Shown: piece by piece, positions 19,554-29,666 of the stretch
How the letters are laid out: the number at the start of each line of letters is the position of its first letter
Position numbering within the stretch: position 1 is the stretch's first letter
Assembly: GCA_041650515.1 (NCBI GenBank)
Contig: JBAZLA010000004.1
Location: forward strand, 23,748 to 87,747
Direction of reading: 5' to 3'
Length of the DNA: 64,000 bases
DNA from: Patescibacteria group bacterium
GTDB lineage: Bacteria > Patescibacteriota > Patescibacteriia > JACRDY01
The notes under the pieces: generated by a model
Databases searched by the model: none
Told to the model about the DNA's origin: nothing
Seen by the model: the letters and a program-made list of their open reading frames with translations, nothing else
Program-made: the position numbers and the translations under genes

Positions 19554-21161
19554 TTAGTAGACCTCTTCTTTTTTCTCGCGAATAAAAGAAAACCACTCTT
19601 CCATTACTTCTAAAATTATCTTCAACGGCGCTTCAATAATAAAATCCAAGATAAAAACAAAAATATTTATTTTAGATAGCTTGACCGAGAGCCAACGACC
19701 GATACGGACAATTGGCAGAGAGAAAAAATCGAACAAAAAATTAATCAAACCCTCTTTGGTATTAAGAACAATCAACTCACGGGCGGTTAACCGGATATGG
19801 ATAGCAAAAAAACTAACAACACACAAAAAGAAAATAAAAATCGTACCAGAAAAAATACTAAAGCTTAATTTATTTAGAATATAAATAACAATCCCGAAAG
19901 TAATACCATAAGTAATGATATAAAATAGATTAAAGAAAAAGTTCATCACCCTACCTCGGCTGGCTAAACTCTTGATATGATATTTGGCCTCCGCATCCTC
20001 TTGCTGATAGACTATTTCTTTTACTCCGGCGATGATGGCCTCGGTATTCTTTTTACGCGGTAAACGAATAAATAAACTAATAGCAAACATTAAAAATGGC
20101 GGGAACAAAACATTAATTATTAGAGTGACATAGTTTAATGTTTGTTCAAACAGATAGTCCAACGGGATTTCGATCAAAAAAGCCAAAAACATTTTGGTGA
20201 TAAAAATGTAAATGATACTGCGAATAACTGACCGAACAACCTTTATTCTAATCTTCTTATAGCGCTGCTCGCAAATTTGCATTATCTGGTCAGCTAATAA
20301 CTTTGGCCGAGCGATAATATCATCAATATTATCCTGATTTTTTTCCAAAACATCTTTCAAAATCAAAAAATAAACGGAATAACGGCGACTAATTTTCCAA
20401 AGTTTGCTTCTAAGAGGATGGTTGATATAATATTCGGCTCTAATCTTAATTTTTTCTAGATTATCAGTAAAATCAGCCAACAAACCAGGCTCGATATCGC
20501 TATTAAAAAAATTAGGATAAAATTGACTTATTAAATAATGATAAAGAATAATCCCATCTGAGCGCATTAAACTACGCAAAACGGTCAGCTGCAAGAGAAT
20601 ATTCTGCTCATTCTCAGGCAAAGAATCTGGCAACTCAACATCGCGCTGTAAAATCTTCCTCATGGCCAAAATTAGAGCATTACGTTGTTTGAAATCAAAT
20701 AATACCTCCTCGATCTCACAAGCGGCGACATTTATCAACCAAGTCATTATCTTAAACGCCTGACGCATCGGCCGTTTTTCAAAAATCGATCTATTAATGA
20801 TCAAGTATTTATTTAATATTTCCTCGACTTCCTTGGCCTTACTCTCAGGCAAAGTATTATTAGGCAAATAATTAACCCTGATTAATTCTTGTAGTAAAGT
20901 CAAGCCGATTTTATCTTTTCGCTTTTCAATCAGAATAATCCTCTTGAGAATGCGAAAAATGGCATTTTTTCGTAATAAATGCTCATCATTATAATCCACA
21001 ACATTGCGTAATTTTTCGTAAACCGATGAAAATTTGCTGATTACCTGATTAACTCTAATTTTAGCTTCATCCCCGATCATCTCCCTATCCGTCTGTTCTT
21101 TGACTTTAAAAGTATTGACCAGCTTGACCATTACATTGGGGATAAAAAATTTACTTTCCAT
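19554..21161 (-). CDS. Hypothetical polytopic membrane protein
   Basis: 535 aa. Long helical cytoplasmic N-terminal region then about 5 TM helices. No motif recognised. Confidence 0.4.
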   Translation of the reverse strand: MESKFFIPNVMVKLVNTFKVKEQTDREMIGDEAKIRVNQVISKFSSVYEKLRNVVDYNDEHLLRKNAIFRILKRIILIEKRKDKIGLTLLQELIRVNYLPNNTLPESKAKEVEEILNKYLIINRSIFEKRPMRQAFKIMTWLINVAACEIEEVLFDFKQRNALILAMRKILQRDVELPDSLPENEQNILLQLTVLRSLMRSDGIILYHYLISQFYPNFFNSDIEPGLLADFTDNLEKIKIRAEYYINHPLRSKLWKISRRYSVYFLILKDVLEKNQDNIDDIIARPKLLADQIMQICEQRYKKIRIKVVRSVIRSIIYIFITKMFLAFLIEIPLDYLFEQTLNYVTLIINVLFPPFLMFAISLFIRLPRKKNTEAIIAGVKEIVYQQEDAEAKYHIKSLASRGRVMNFFFNLFYIITYGITFGIVIYILNKLSFSIFSGTIFIFFLCVVSFFAIHIRLTARELIVLNTKEGLINFLFDFFSLPIVRIGRWLSVKLSKINIFVFILDFIIEAPLKIILEVMEEWFSFIREKKEEVY

Positions 21162-21579
21162 AATGTTTCTGTTTAGGCTTGGTGATATTTGGCTCGCGAC
21201 CGTAAAAAGGTTGAACTAAATTAAAACCCCTCTTATTAATTAATTTACTAAGGCCGTCTTCAAATAAACTCTCAAGACTGACATTCTCATCCTTAAATTT
21301 TAAACCAGCCACCGGGATACCCAGGGTATAACCTAAAGTATTAGCCGTTACTATTCCTAGGCGAACCGAGCTAAAAGATCCAGGGCCAACCAATACAATT
21401 ATTCCTGTTAATCGCGACGGTTCAATATTATTACCACCTAAGAATTTATTAAGTAATGACAATAATCTCTCCGCCTGTCGATAACCAACAACTGTTATCT
21501 GTTGGTCAATCACCTCTCTTCTATTGGCTAAACCCAACCGTATCTGATCATTAACTATAGTATTGATTAACAAATACAT
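21151..21579 (-). CDS. tsaB: tRNA threonylcarbamoyladenosine biosynthesis protein TsaB (short form)
   Basis: 142 aa with GPGSFSSVRLGIVTAN, matching the TsaB/YeaZ GPGSFTGxRIG motif. Confidence 0.65.
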   Translation of the reverse strand: MYLLINTIVNDQIRLGLANRREVIDQQITVVGYRQAERLLSLLNKFLGGNNIEPSRLTGIIVLVGPGSFSSVRLGIVTANTLGYTLGIPVAGLKFKDENVSLESLFEDGLSKLINKRGFNLVQPFYGREPNITKPKQKHYGK

Positions 21580-21581
21580 AA

Positions 21582-22730
21582 TTATTCATAAGAAAGGTTG
21601 GCCGACGGGATAAACTCACCATTATTATTCCAAAACAGCCGAATCAACGCTGCGCCATCGTGTTCATAATATTCTAACTTCAAATTATGATAACCGCTCG
21701 AGAGATAAGCGCTACCGCTATTTAGGGCTAAACCATGATCAGACCAATCATTGATAATTAAATTACCATCAATATACAGGCGTACACCATCATCAGAGTA
21801 GGTATAAAAAGTTTTAGTGGTATTATTATCAACTTTTATTTTACCAACCCAACGAACAGAAAAATTGTTACTGCTTACTACCGAACCGGGGCCACTTTCC
21901 TTCCAATCAAAATCAACCTGATTATCAATTCGATTAAAAACTTCCGTATCAAAGTTAGTACCATTATAATAATATCCCTTCAAGCCCTGCCGCGAATTAA
22001 TAATGGCGCCAGTGCTATAACTGAGTAAATCATTATCGCTAGTACCATCAAATAAAGTCTGAGCGGTATCACCGATAGCCATTCTAAATTGATCAATATC
22101 GTCACCCTCAACATAACGAAAATTCTGATACGGCAGATCCAAAATAAACTTGGTATTAAAACGATAATTATCCCAAGAAACTGGTGGATAAAATTTACGA
22201 GTATAACCATTGACTAACCAGTAATAATCTTTCTCACCAGTATAATGCAAGACGCTACCCGTTGGGTGTTGATTATTGTTTAACGGCTGACCAACTTGAT
22301 AATCCTGAAAAAAAGAATCCGGTAAATCAATTATTCTGCTCTGCCAGGATAAACCATACAAATATTCAGCTTGGCTAACACTGGGAACAGCCCGCAGCTG
22401 CCCCAATGGTTCGACTGCATAAACCGTAGAATTAGTATAAAGCTTAATTAGATAAGTACCGGGTCGGACGACCACACTTTTTCCTAATTGGATATTGGCT
22501 AAGTCAGCACCGCTAACTGTTTTGACGTTATTAAAATTAATATACCAAGAAAAATAAACTTTTTCATTAGGAAAAGCATGCCGCTTACCGTCGTAGCCAT
22601 AATAATAGACCGTCGAATTATTAACACCCTTAATCAGATCGCCGGGCGAGATGGTAGCCGCCGACCCCGGCCGAGGCATGATCCAAAGAAGTAAAGCTAA
22701 AACCAATAAAATCTTAGTAATTTTTGACAT
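21582..22730 (-). CDS. Secreted protein with C-terminal PA14 domain
   Basis: 382 aa, signal peptide. C-terminal FSVRWVGKIKVD...YTYSDDGVRLYIDGNLIINDW...GYHNLKLEYYEHDGAALIRLFW fits the PA14 consensus. Confidence 0.6.
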   Translation of the reverse strand: MSKITKILLVLALLLWIMPRPGSAATISPGDLIKGVNNSTVYYYGYDGKRHAFPNEKVYFSWYINFNNVKTVSGADLANIQLGKSVVVRPGTYLIKLYTNSTVYAVEPLGQLRAVPSVSQAEYLYGLSWQSRIIDLPDSFFQDYQVGQPLNNNQHPTGSVLHYTGEKDYYWLVNGYTRKFYPPVSWDNYRFNTKFILDLPYQNFRYVEGDDIDQFRMAIGDTAQTLFDGTSDNDLLSYSTGAIINSRQGLKGYYYNGTNFDTEVFNRIDNQVDFDWKESGPGSVVSSNNFSVRWVGKIKVDNNTTKTFYTYSDDGVRLYIDGNLIINDWSDHGLALNSGSAYLSSGYHNLKLEYYEHDGAALIRLFWNNNGEFIPSANLSYE

Positions 22731-22853
22731 ATTATTTCACTTTATTTATTCAAGTTTAGCACAAAAAGAGAAAAAAATCCACTAAAATAGAGGTTGATTT
22801 TTAAGCCCTATTTTAGCGAAAATTAACAGGTTATCTCAAGCCAACTGAATAAA

Positions 22854-23288
22854 CTAAGCGACCTCGTTTAATAGCTTCCGACTCTCTTTTCGGATAATTA
22901 ACCAATGGACAAGATATAATGGCAGACCGATAATAATCATCGATAGGTATCGGGACGCTTCTCGCTGGCGATTAGCTGTTAGATAATCAAAGTCTTTTTG
23001 TTGTTCCTGCCAACTCCGGTAATCAACCAACCAAGCTTCGAGTGTTATTTGTTGATCAGCAGCAATTTCGACTTTTTGCTGATTAGCCAGCGCCTGATCG
23101 ATTTGTTCTATGGCTACTGGCGGATAAGGAGCGTTAAAATACAGCTGGTCAGTTTTATCAGCCTGCGTAAACACATAGATTTTAAGACCCATATTAACTA
23201 AGCCCACTCCCCCGATAACTAAAAGGACTAAGCCAACCAAGGCAAAAAGATAGAGATAAATTGTCCTGATCAATGATTGTTTTGCCAT
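22854..23288 (-). CDS. Hypothetical membrane-anchored protein
   Basis: 144 aa with an N-terminal TM helix. Confidence 0.3.
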   Translation of the reverse strand: MAKQSLIRTIYLYLFALVGLVLLVIGGVGLVNMGLKIYVFTQADKTDQLYFNAPYPPVAIEQIDQALANQQKVEIAADQQITLEAWLVDYRSWQEQQKDFDYLTANRQREASRYLSMIIIGLPLYLVHWLIIRKESRKLLNEVA

Positions 23289-23297
23289 ATTTTTTTA

Positions 23298-24782
23298 TTA
23301 ATTATTTATCCGCTGTAAGATAAAAACTTCTGGCGTCTCATTAGCCTTGATGCTTAATTGTCCGACGATCTGCCAATTATTAGCCGCAAACCATTCTAAA
23401 ACTAAATCACGAACATCAGCTATTAGTTCCTGCTCAATCAAAATAATTTTATCATCATCTTCGATGATATCAGCCAGCTGCCCAATGTTTTCTTTTTTTA
23501 AATAATTTACCCAATTGTATTTAACCAAATTTAAATCATCATCATCACTTTTTTCGGCCACTGGCAAAAAACCCGCTACCGGCACTCCACCTTGGTAATA
23601 CTTGTCAACTAACAGAGCATGATTATAACGGCTAACAATAATTTTATCCACGCCGACTTGATTATTATTAAGGTAGCCACCAATCTCCTGCCAATAAAAA
23701 TGAAACTGATTAACAAATGATAAATTTAACAGAATCAAAAAAATAGAAATCCCGACAAGTGCCAAAACTTTTTCTCGACTCCTTAAAGTTAAATTATCAA
23801 AACCTTTAGCTATCAACAAATAAAAACCTAAGCTACAGCCTAAAAAATACTTGGCATGCATAAAAACTATTAAAAATGGCGGCAAGATCAAAATAAAACA
23901 ATATATAATTTTTATTCTGGTTAGATGATCATCTTTTTTATGACCGTACCAAATTACCGCCAATAAACAAGCAAAAATAAACAGATAAATAAACGCAGCA
24001 ATTATATGAGAATCAACAGCCGCTAAAAAATAGCTTATATTCTTGAAGCCATTAAAAATATAAACTGGCATTTTAAAAAACCAACCCTCCAATAATGGCA
24101 CCTGAAGCTTGCGATAAAGGGCCGGAATAAACCAAAACAAAAAGCTACCTAGGATTACCGCTTGGGCCAAGAAAAAATGCTTTATCCTAGCTTGACGCCG
24201 CTGCCAAATTATAACAACCGCTTGGGCCAGAATTACAAACCAAGAAAATAAATGGCACCAGATCAAAAGTATTGAAAAAATAAAATAAAGACCGAACGAA
24301 CGCCGAGAAATCTTGGGCCCAAAGAAATCCCAATAAAAATAAGTTGAGAGAATAGCCAATAAGAATAACAAACTATAGACCCTAGCTTCTACAGCATAAA
24401 CAATCTGGATCAAAGATAGGGACGAAAATAGAACCGCGATTAAAGCTACTCGGCGATTAAACATTTTTTTGCCCAAAAGATATAAAAAGAATAAAGCCAG
24501 AATATTAAACAACAAAGACAAACAACGAGTGCTGTATTCGGTCAAGGGGACAATTTTACCAAAAAAATGGAATAACAAAATATAAAATGGCGGGTTATTC
24601 TCCCCCACTAAATAATACCAAATCTGTCCCACTGACAGGTTAGCAAAATGGACACTAAAAAGCTCATCAAACCAAAAACTACCCCGATGGATAAGAAAAT
24701 AAATCCGCAACAACAGACCAATAACAATCAGCAAAACTAAAGTAATCGAAGATAAATTCTTTTTAAAAAAATTAGCGACCAT
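23298..24782 (-). CDS. GT-C family glycosyltransferase (ArnT/PMT-like polyprenol-phosphate-dependent transferase)
   Basis: 494 aa, about 11 TM helices. Directly follows the GT2 polyprenol-phosphate glycosyltransferase (4-nt overlap), the usual donor-synthase/transferase pairing. Confidence 0.5.
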   Translation of the reverse strand: MVANFFKKNLSSITLVLLIVIGLLLRIYFLIHRGSFWFDELFSVHFANLSVGQIWYYLVGENNPPFYILLFHFFGKIVPLTEYSTRCLSLLFNILALFFLYLLGKKMFNRRVALIAVLFSSLSLIQIVYAVEARVYSLLFLLAILSTYFYWDFFGPKISRRSFGLYFIFSILLIWCHLFSWFVILAQAVVIIWQRRQARIKHFFLAQAVILGSFLFWFIPALYRKLQVPLLEGWFFKMPVYIFNGFKNISYFLAAVDSHIIAAFIYLFIFACLLAVIWYGHKKDDHLTRIKIIYCFILILPPFLIVFMHAKYFLGCSLGFYLLIAKGFDNLTLRSREKVLALVGISIFLILLNLSFVNQFHFYWQEIGGYLNNNQVGVDKIIVSRYNHALLVDKYYQGGVPVAGFLPVAEKSDDDDLNLVKYNWVNYLKKENIGQLADIIEDDDKIILIEQELIADVRDLVLEWFAANNWQIVGQLSIKANETPEVFILQRINN

Positions 24783-25488
24783 TGGTCAAAAATTTAAGAC
24801 GAAACATGGTAATAAAAAAAGCTACCACCTCTTTGCGGGACAGCTTAGATCGACCCTTGATTCTATCCTGAAAGACAATAGGCAGCTCTTTAATTCTAAA
24901 ACCGTTCTGTTCACAATAATAAATCATTTCCTCTTGAAAAGCATAGCCATTGCTTTTTATTTTATCTAGATTAATTTTTTCTAAAACCGTTCGACTATAG
25001 CAGCGATAACCTGAGGTAACATCAAGAGTTTTCAGACCTAGAACCAAACGACTAAACCAACTAGCAGCCGAACTACAAAAATGCCGCCAAACGCCCCAAC
25101 CGATAATCTGGCCACCGGCTACTCGCCGAGAACCGATAACAACCTCGGCACCGTCTTGGATGGCTTTAATGAACTTCGGCAAAAGCTTCGGATTATGAGA
25201 AAAATCGGCATCCATTTCAAAAATTAAATCAGCGCCACTTGCTAATGCCGCTCTAAAACCACTAATATAAGCGCTGCCCAAACCCAGCTTAGCTGGCCGC
25301 TTAATGAGAACAATATCAAATTTTTGGGCTAGATTAGAAACGATACTCGCTGTGCCATCTTGAGAATTATCATCAACGATAATAACCTGCAAATTCTGTA
25401 TATTCAAAAAAAATATTTCTTCAATCAGCCCCCCAATATTTTCCGCTTCGTTATAGGTCGGAATAATAATCACCTTTTTCTCAATCAT
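24772..25488 (-). CDS. GT2 polyprenol-phosphate glycosyltransferase (DPM1/ArnC-like)
   Basis: 238 aa. IIIPTYNEAENI, VDDNSQDGT and DADFSH motifs. Confidence 0.75.
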   Translation of the reverse strand: MIEKKVIIIPTYNEAENIGGLIEEIFFLNIQNLQVIIVDDNSQDGTASIVSNLAQKFDIVLIKRPAKLGLGSAYISGFRAALASGADLIFEMDADFSHNPKLLPKFIKAIQDGAEVVIGSRRVAGGQIIGWGVWRHFCSSAASWFSRLVLGLKTLDVTSGYRCYSRTVLEKINLDKIKSNGYAFQEEMIYYCEQNGFRIKELPIVFQDRIKGRSKLSRKEVVAFFITMFRLKFLTNGR

Positions 25489-25594
25489 AATTTTTGTCTG
25501 GGGGCCAATAAAATATAGAATTAATTTAGTTCTTCTCTAATTTTTTAATTGTGCCCACCATCCACCAGCCTTATCTCAACTATCTTATAAAGAA

Positions 25595-25987
25595 TTAAGT
25601 ATACTTCTTAACCTTGTCAATCAACTCGTAGATAGAAATTTCGCTTTTGACAAAATAATCAACTGCGCCTAACTTTTTGGCTTTTTCTTGATCTTCTAAT
25701 TGCCCCAAACTAGAATAAGCAATCACTTTAACCGACTTAAGAACTGGGTCTTTTTTGAGAAGCTTCAAAATCTCGAAACCATTATGATCAGGTAAGATTA
25801 TATCCATCAAAATAAGATCGGGCTTATTTTTTTTGGCTAATAATAAAAAATCGTCAAAATTAGTTGCCGATTCTACATCGTAACCCTCTTTATTCAGCTT
25901 TAGCTTACAAACGTTAGAGTAAAATTTGTCATCCTCAATAATAAAAATCTTTTTGCCTGGCTTGGCGGTAGTTTTGGTCTTGGGCAT
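25595..25987 (-). CDS. Response regulator, receiver domain only (CheY-like)
   Basis: 130 aa. Acidic pocket (IIEDD) and phospho-acceptor context LILMDIILPDHNGFEILK. Confidence 0.8.
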   Translation of the reverse strand: MPKTKTTAKPGKKIFIIEDDKFYSNVCKLKLNKEGYDVESATNFDDFLLLAKKNKPDLILMDIILPDHNGFEILKLLKKDPVLKSVKVIAYSSLGQLEDQEKAKKLGAVDYFVKSEISIYELIDKVKKYT

Positions 25988-26005
25988 ATATTTGTCTAAT
26001 AATGT

Positions 26006-26800
26006 CTATTTAACTAGCGGAATCTCGACATAAAAAGTGGAGCCAATGTTATCTTTGCTCTTAAACCAAATCTTGCCACCCAAACTCTCAACATAAGATT
26101 TAACGATATAAAGCCCCAGACCGCTACCCTGAGTCTCAATCCTAATAGCATTTTGACCACGAAAAAATTTGGAGAATAATCTCTTTTGGTCCTTAGCCGA
26201 AATACCAATACCCGTATCGGCGACGCTGATATGAATTTTATTTTTTAATTTTTTAACCGTCACTTCCACCCGACCGTTAGCTCTATTATATTTAATGGCG
26301 TTAGATATTAAATTATAGATGATTTCGCGCAGACGATGGCTATTAACCATTACTTGAGGGAGATGGCTCGGCTTGGTATGAAGATTTATCTTGAGCTTCT
26401 TTTTGTGCGCCAAAATATCCAACTCATCAATAACATTATGAAAAATCTTGGAAATATTAACCGGTCGAGCATGGCTCCTAATCCGACCAGTTTCTATTTC
26501 CGAAGCGTTTAAGAAATCAGAAACTAGCTCAATTACTTTGTGGTTAATATGAAAAACATCAAGCAGCGTTCGTTTAACCTGCTGATTGAGCGAACCAAGC
26601 TCACCGCGCAGGATCATCTGTAAATTAATTTTGATAATATTAAGCGGTGTCTTAAGTTGGTGGGCTGTAATAATCAAAAAATTCTCCTTAATCTGCTCAA
26701 CCACCGACAAATCATGACTAAGGTCGCCTTTAATTTGCTCAATCGTGACTATCGTCTTTTTTCCGCTCTTTTTAGCTTTAATCATATTTAGACCTATCAT
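26006..26800 (-). CDS. Cytoplasmic sensor histidine kinase (HisKA + HATPase_c)
   Basis: 264 aa. H-box ITAHQLKTPLNII; N/G boxes (NAIKYN; DTGIGI; GSGLGL). No TM or sensor domain. Confidence 0.75.
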   Translation of the reverse strand: MIGLNMIKAKKSGKKTIVTIEQIKGDLSHDLSVVEQIKENFLIITAHQLKTPLNIIKINLQMILRGELGSLNQQVKRTLLDVFHINHKVIELVSDFLNASEIETGRIRSHARPVNISKIFHNVIDELDILAHKKKLKINLHTKPSHLPQVMVNSHRLREIIYNLISNAIKYNRANGRVEVTVKKLKNKIHISVADTGIGISAKDQKRLFSKFFRGQNAIRIETQGSGLGLYIVKSYVESLGGKIWFKSKDNIGSTFYVEIPLVK

Positions 26801-26816
26801 AGCATAAATAATAGCT

Positions 26817-27254
26817 CTAGTCAGCTGTTTCTCGCCAACTAGAAACAGTAATTTGCGGGTTGATAGACGTTAAACTGATACTAAGCCGCCTAATTATATT
26901 CCCAACTGTCCCGCTAGTAGTAACAACTCGGCTCTGGTCACCTGAACTAATAACCGTATAAGAACAACCACCAGCCCCTAACGTTAAACTACCAGTACCA
27001 GTAAAAGTACTAGCTAGCCAAATACGCCCCAACGCCTCTTCGGCGCAAGCGTTAGCTAGGGCTTTGGCCTGGTTAGACTGTTCTAGAACTAAACTATTAT
27101 TGATGGCGCCAATACCAAGCAACAACAAAGACATAACAACGGCGATACCAACTGCGCTAGCAATTAATACACTCAAAAAAACAACATAGCCATTCTTTTT
27201 AGCGACGACTGGCAGTGGCATAGAAAATTTTACTATATTGGTATTGATTAACAT
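26817..27254 (-). CDS. Pseudopilin-like minor pilin (locus 1)
   Basis: Hydrophobic N-terminal helix (FLSVLIASAVGIAVVMSLLLLG). The likely start is the internal Met at 27221. Overlaps the next pilin gene. Confidence 0.4.
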   Translation of the reverse strand: MLINTNIVKFSMPLPVVAKKNGYVVFLSVLIASAVGIAVVMSLLLLGIGAINNSLVLEQSNQAKALANACAEEALGRIWLASTFTGTGSLTLGAGGCSYTVISSGDQSRVVTTSGTVGNIIRRLSISLTSINPQITVSSWRETAD

Positions 27255-27714
27255 TGGCTGGATTTAAATAAGTCACAGTGAATTGGACTCTAACTAAATC
27301 GTTAGTACCGCTGATTGCCCAATTGGAAAAAATCAAATCTGAAACAACGACCCGATCATTAGTCAAAGCAGCCGTCGCCGCCAGTGCTCCTTCGGTGATA
27401 CTGATTATCCCACTATTGGATAAACTAAAGGTTGTCGGCGTTTTCGTAATATCAGTCATCGTCAAAGTCAAAGCCGCCGCGCTACTGCCGATAGCTGGAG
27501 CGGTGACGCCAGTAGAATTACGAATTGTTTGGGTAATAGTCTGCATTACCTGTATCCCCTGCTGTTCAACTTCGGCTATGACTTGACCCTTGACTCGGGC
27601 GTTAAGAATCATAAAAACAAAATTGGATACCACTAACAAAATACTAGCAGTGATAGCTATATATAATACTAACTCGATAACAGTAAAACCTTTTTTATTT
27701 TCGGCTCGAAACAT
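27199..27714 (-). CDS. Type IV pilin-like protein (prepilin N-terminal methylation motif)
   Basis: 171 aa. MFRAENKKGFTVIELVLYIAI: the class III signal GFT(L/V)IE. Confidence 0.7.
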   Translation of the reverse strand: MFRAENKKGFTVIELVLYIAITASILLVVSNFVFMILNARVKGQVIAEVEQQGIQVMQTITQTIRNSTGVTAPAIGSSAAALTLTMTDITKTPTTFSLSNSGIISITEGALAATAALTNDRVVVSDLIFSNWAISGTNDLVRVQFTVTYLNPANVNQYQYSKIFYATASRR

Positions 27715-27722
27715 ATCAAAAA

Positions 27723-29213
27723 TTATTGTGGCTTAATAACCTGGAGTTCCTGGGTGTCAGCTGAACTAGCAATAAACGCCCGGTCAAGAATACTATTATA
27801 AACAATGGCACTAGGACTATTATTAATATCTAGCTGCCCCAGAATAACCGGCGCCATACTCATCGTATTAGTGTTAACCACTTTAAAATCAGTCGTCGTT
27901 GAGCTGGTAGCCATGAAGATATAACCGGTACTAGCAGCCAAAGACATCGAACGAATATCAGCGCCAATCTCTAAAGTACTTATTAGACTAGCTGTGCCCG
28001 GATTACTAATATTAAAATCATAAAGCTCTGGGGCCGCCGAACTCTCTCGGCCTAGATAAAGATGATTATTATTACCCACGGCGAGAGCCATACCATTAGC
28101 TGCGTCATTACCACTATTAACATTGACCGAAGTTGATAAGGTCGGTGCAGTTTTGGTGGTTGTATTAAATATCCACAGTTCAGCGTTATCGTCATTAGAG
28201 GTGATGTAAACATAGTCATTAAAAACAACAATATCAGTCGGCACACCAGTTAAAGCTCCTTGCCGACCAATCGGCGCTCCAGGATTATCAGGATTAGCCT
28301 GGAGATCAAAAATTAATAGTTCATCACCACCCGCCCGAACCATATACAAATAATCATTATCGACGGCCAAAGCGATCGCGTCAGCGTTATTATTATTGCT
28401 ATTACCATTGGTTAAATTAGTGGCCTTTAATTTACCACCAGCACCAATAGCAGTTGGATCAGAAATATCTAAAATCTGCAGCTCCGCACTATTGTTACTA
28501 GAAGCGATATAAGCATAATTGCCCCTAACCACAATATCATTAGGATCGCCGTTAAGAGCTCGCTGACCAACCAACTGGGGTGAAGCAGGATTGGTAGCAT
28601 CAAAAATATAGAATTCATTACCCAGAGCACTATTAGCCCGGCTAAGATAAACGTAGTTATTAGCAAAAGCAATTGATATACCATCGGCCGCTACACTGCC
28701 ACTGTTTAACAAAGTGAGATCAAAGCTGGAAGCTAAGGCCGGAGAAGACCAATCACCAGCGGCTAAAGCTCGCCAATTAGTTAACCGAGTGGTTAAAGTA
28801 ACGGTGCCAGTCCGAGCGGCCGTCTGATTCCAGGTAATAGTCGAGGTAATATCCTTACGATAACTATCAACATCGGTTATACTAATCTGTCTGACGAAGC
28901 CGTCGATTGCGTCTGAAGTGCCAGCCAAAATCCAATAATTGCCAACAGCTGAGACTGTTAGACCGTGCGGCCCAGCGACCAAACCAGCAAAATCATTCTG
29001 CCCAATATTTTTGACTATTTCTAAACCTTCTTCAGCCAACAAAACCGCTCTAGCCCTCGGACCACTAAGCATAATTGTTTCCCGACCAAATATAAAAACC
29101 CCAACTAAAGCCGTCATTAATAAAGCAAAAATTGCCATACCCAAAATCACCTCAATGATACTAAAGCCACGAGCGACCCCATTACTTCTAATAAGTAACC
29201 GTTCCCTTAGCAT
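27723..29213 (-). CDS. Large pilin-like protein with C-terminal beta-propeller (LVIVD-like repeats): putative pilus-tip adhesin
   Basis: Likely start at ATG 29211-29213 (MLRERLLIRSNGVARGFSIIEVILGMAIFAL). Followed by about 6 repeats containing GNYAYIASS, NDYLYMVRAGGDELLIFDL, NDYVYITSNDDNAELWIFN and HLYLG. Confidence 0.55.
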   Translation of the reverse strand: MLRERLLIRSNGVARGFSIIEVILGMAIFALLMTALVGVFIFGRETIMLSGPRARAVLLAEEGLEIVKNIGQNDFAGLVAGPHGLTVSAVGNYWILAGTSDAIDGFVRQISITDVDSYRKDITSTITWNQTAARTGTVTLTTRLTNWRALAAGDWSSPALASSFDLTLLNSGSVAADGISIAFANNYVYLSRANSALGNEFYIFDATNPASPQLVGQRALNGDPNDIVVRGNYAYIASSNNSAELQILDISDPTAIGAGGKLKATNLTNGNSNNNNADAIALAVDNDYLYMVRAGGDELLIFDLQANPDNPGAPIGRQGALTGVPTDIVVFNDYVYITSNDDNAELWIFNTTTKTAPTLSTSVNVNSGNDAANGMALAVGNNNHLYLGRESSAAPELYDFNISNPGTASLISTLEIGADIRSMSLAASTGYIFMATSSTTTDFKVVNTNTMSMAPVILGQLDINNSPSAIVYNSILDRAFIASSADTQELQVIKPQ

Positions 29214-29658
29214 TAATGCCGATATTACGAATAAAATTATTACCGGTATTAGATAAAACAACACTACCGCTAGACTGTGGTAGACCATCAAATTTGGTAA
29301 AAACTATCTCAGTGGCTCCATCAGGACTAACCGCCTGAATAGTCGCCGGTAAAATAAATTTCTCATCATAATTAGTATCTCGAGTGATATAACTAGTCCC
29401 TTTGAATAAAACAATATTACCAGGTTGAATTTTAACCCCCCAGGTGCTGTCCCCACTCACTGCTTGTGATAATAACTGAGCTCGCCGCCAGCTCTGGGTA
29501 ATAGTAGTAGAGGCGATATCTAAATCGTTTCGGTTTTGGAAAGATTGAAAAACTGGAATTGATAAAACCACAATAATACTAACCAAAGCCAACGATACTA
29601 AAATTTCGACCAAAGTAAACCCCCGCTTTAATGATTTATGATAGTTGACAGAAGACAT
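29188..29658 (-). CDS. Type IV pilin-like protein
   Basis: Likely start at the internal Met (MSSVNYHKSLKRGFTLVEILVSLALV); class III signal. Confidence 0.7.
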   Translation of the reverse strand: MSSVNYHKSLKRGFTLVEILVSLALVSIIVVLSIPVFQSFQNRNDLDIASTTITQSWRRAQLLSQAVSGDSTWGVKIQPGNIVLFKGTSYITRDTNYDEKFILPATIQAVSPDGATEIVFTKFDGLPQSSGSVVLSNTGNNFIRNIGINAKGTVTY

Positions 29659-29666
29659 AGCTATAA

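Noticed and set aside
21980-22210. 76-aa minus-strand ORF inside the PA14 protein gene in another frame
   Set aside because: Alternate-frame artefact within a supported CDS.
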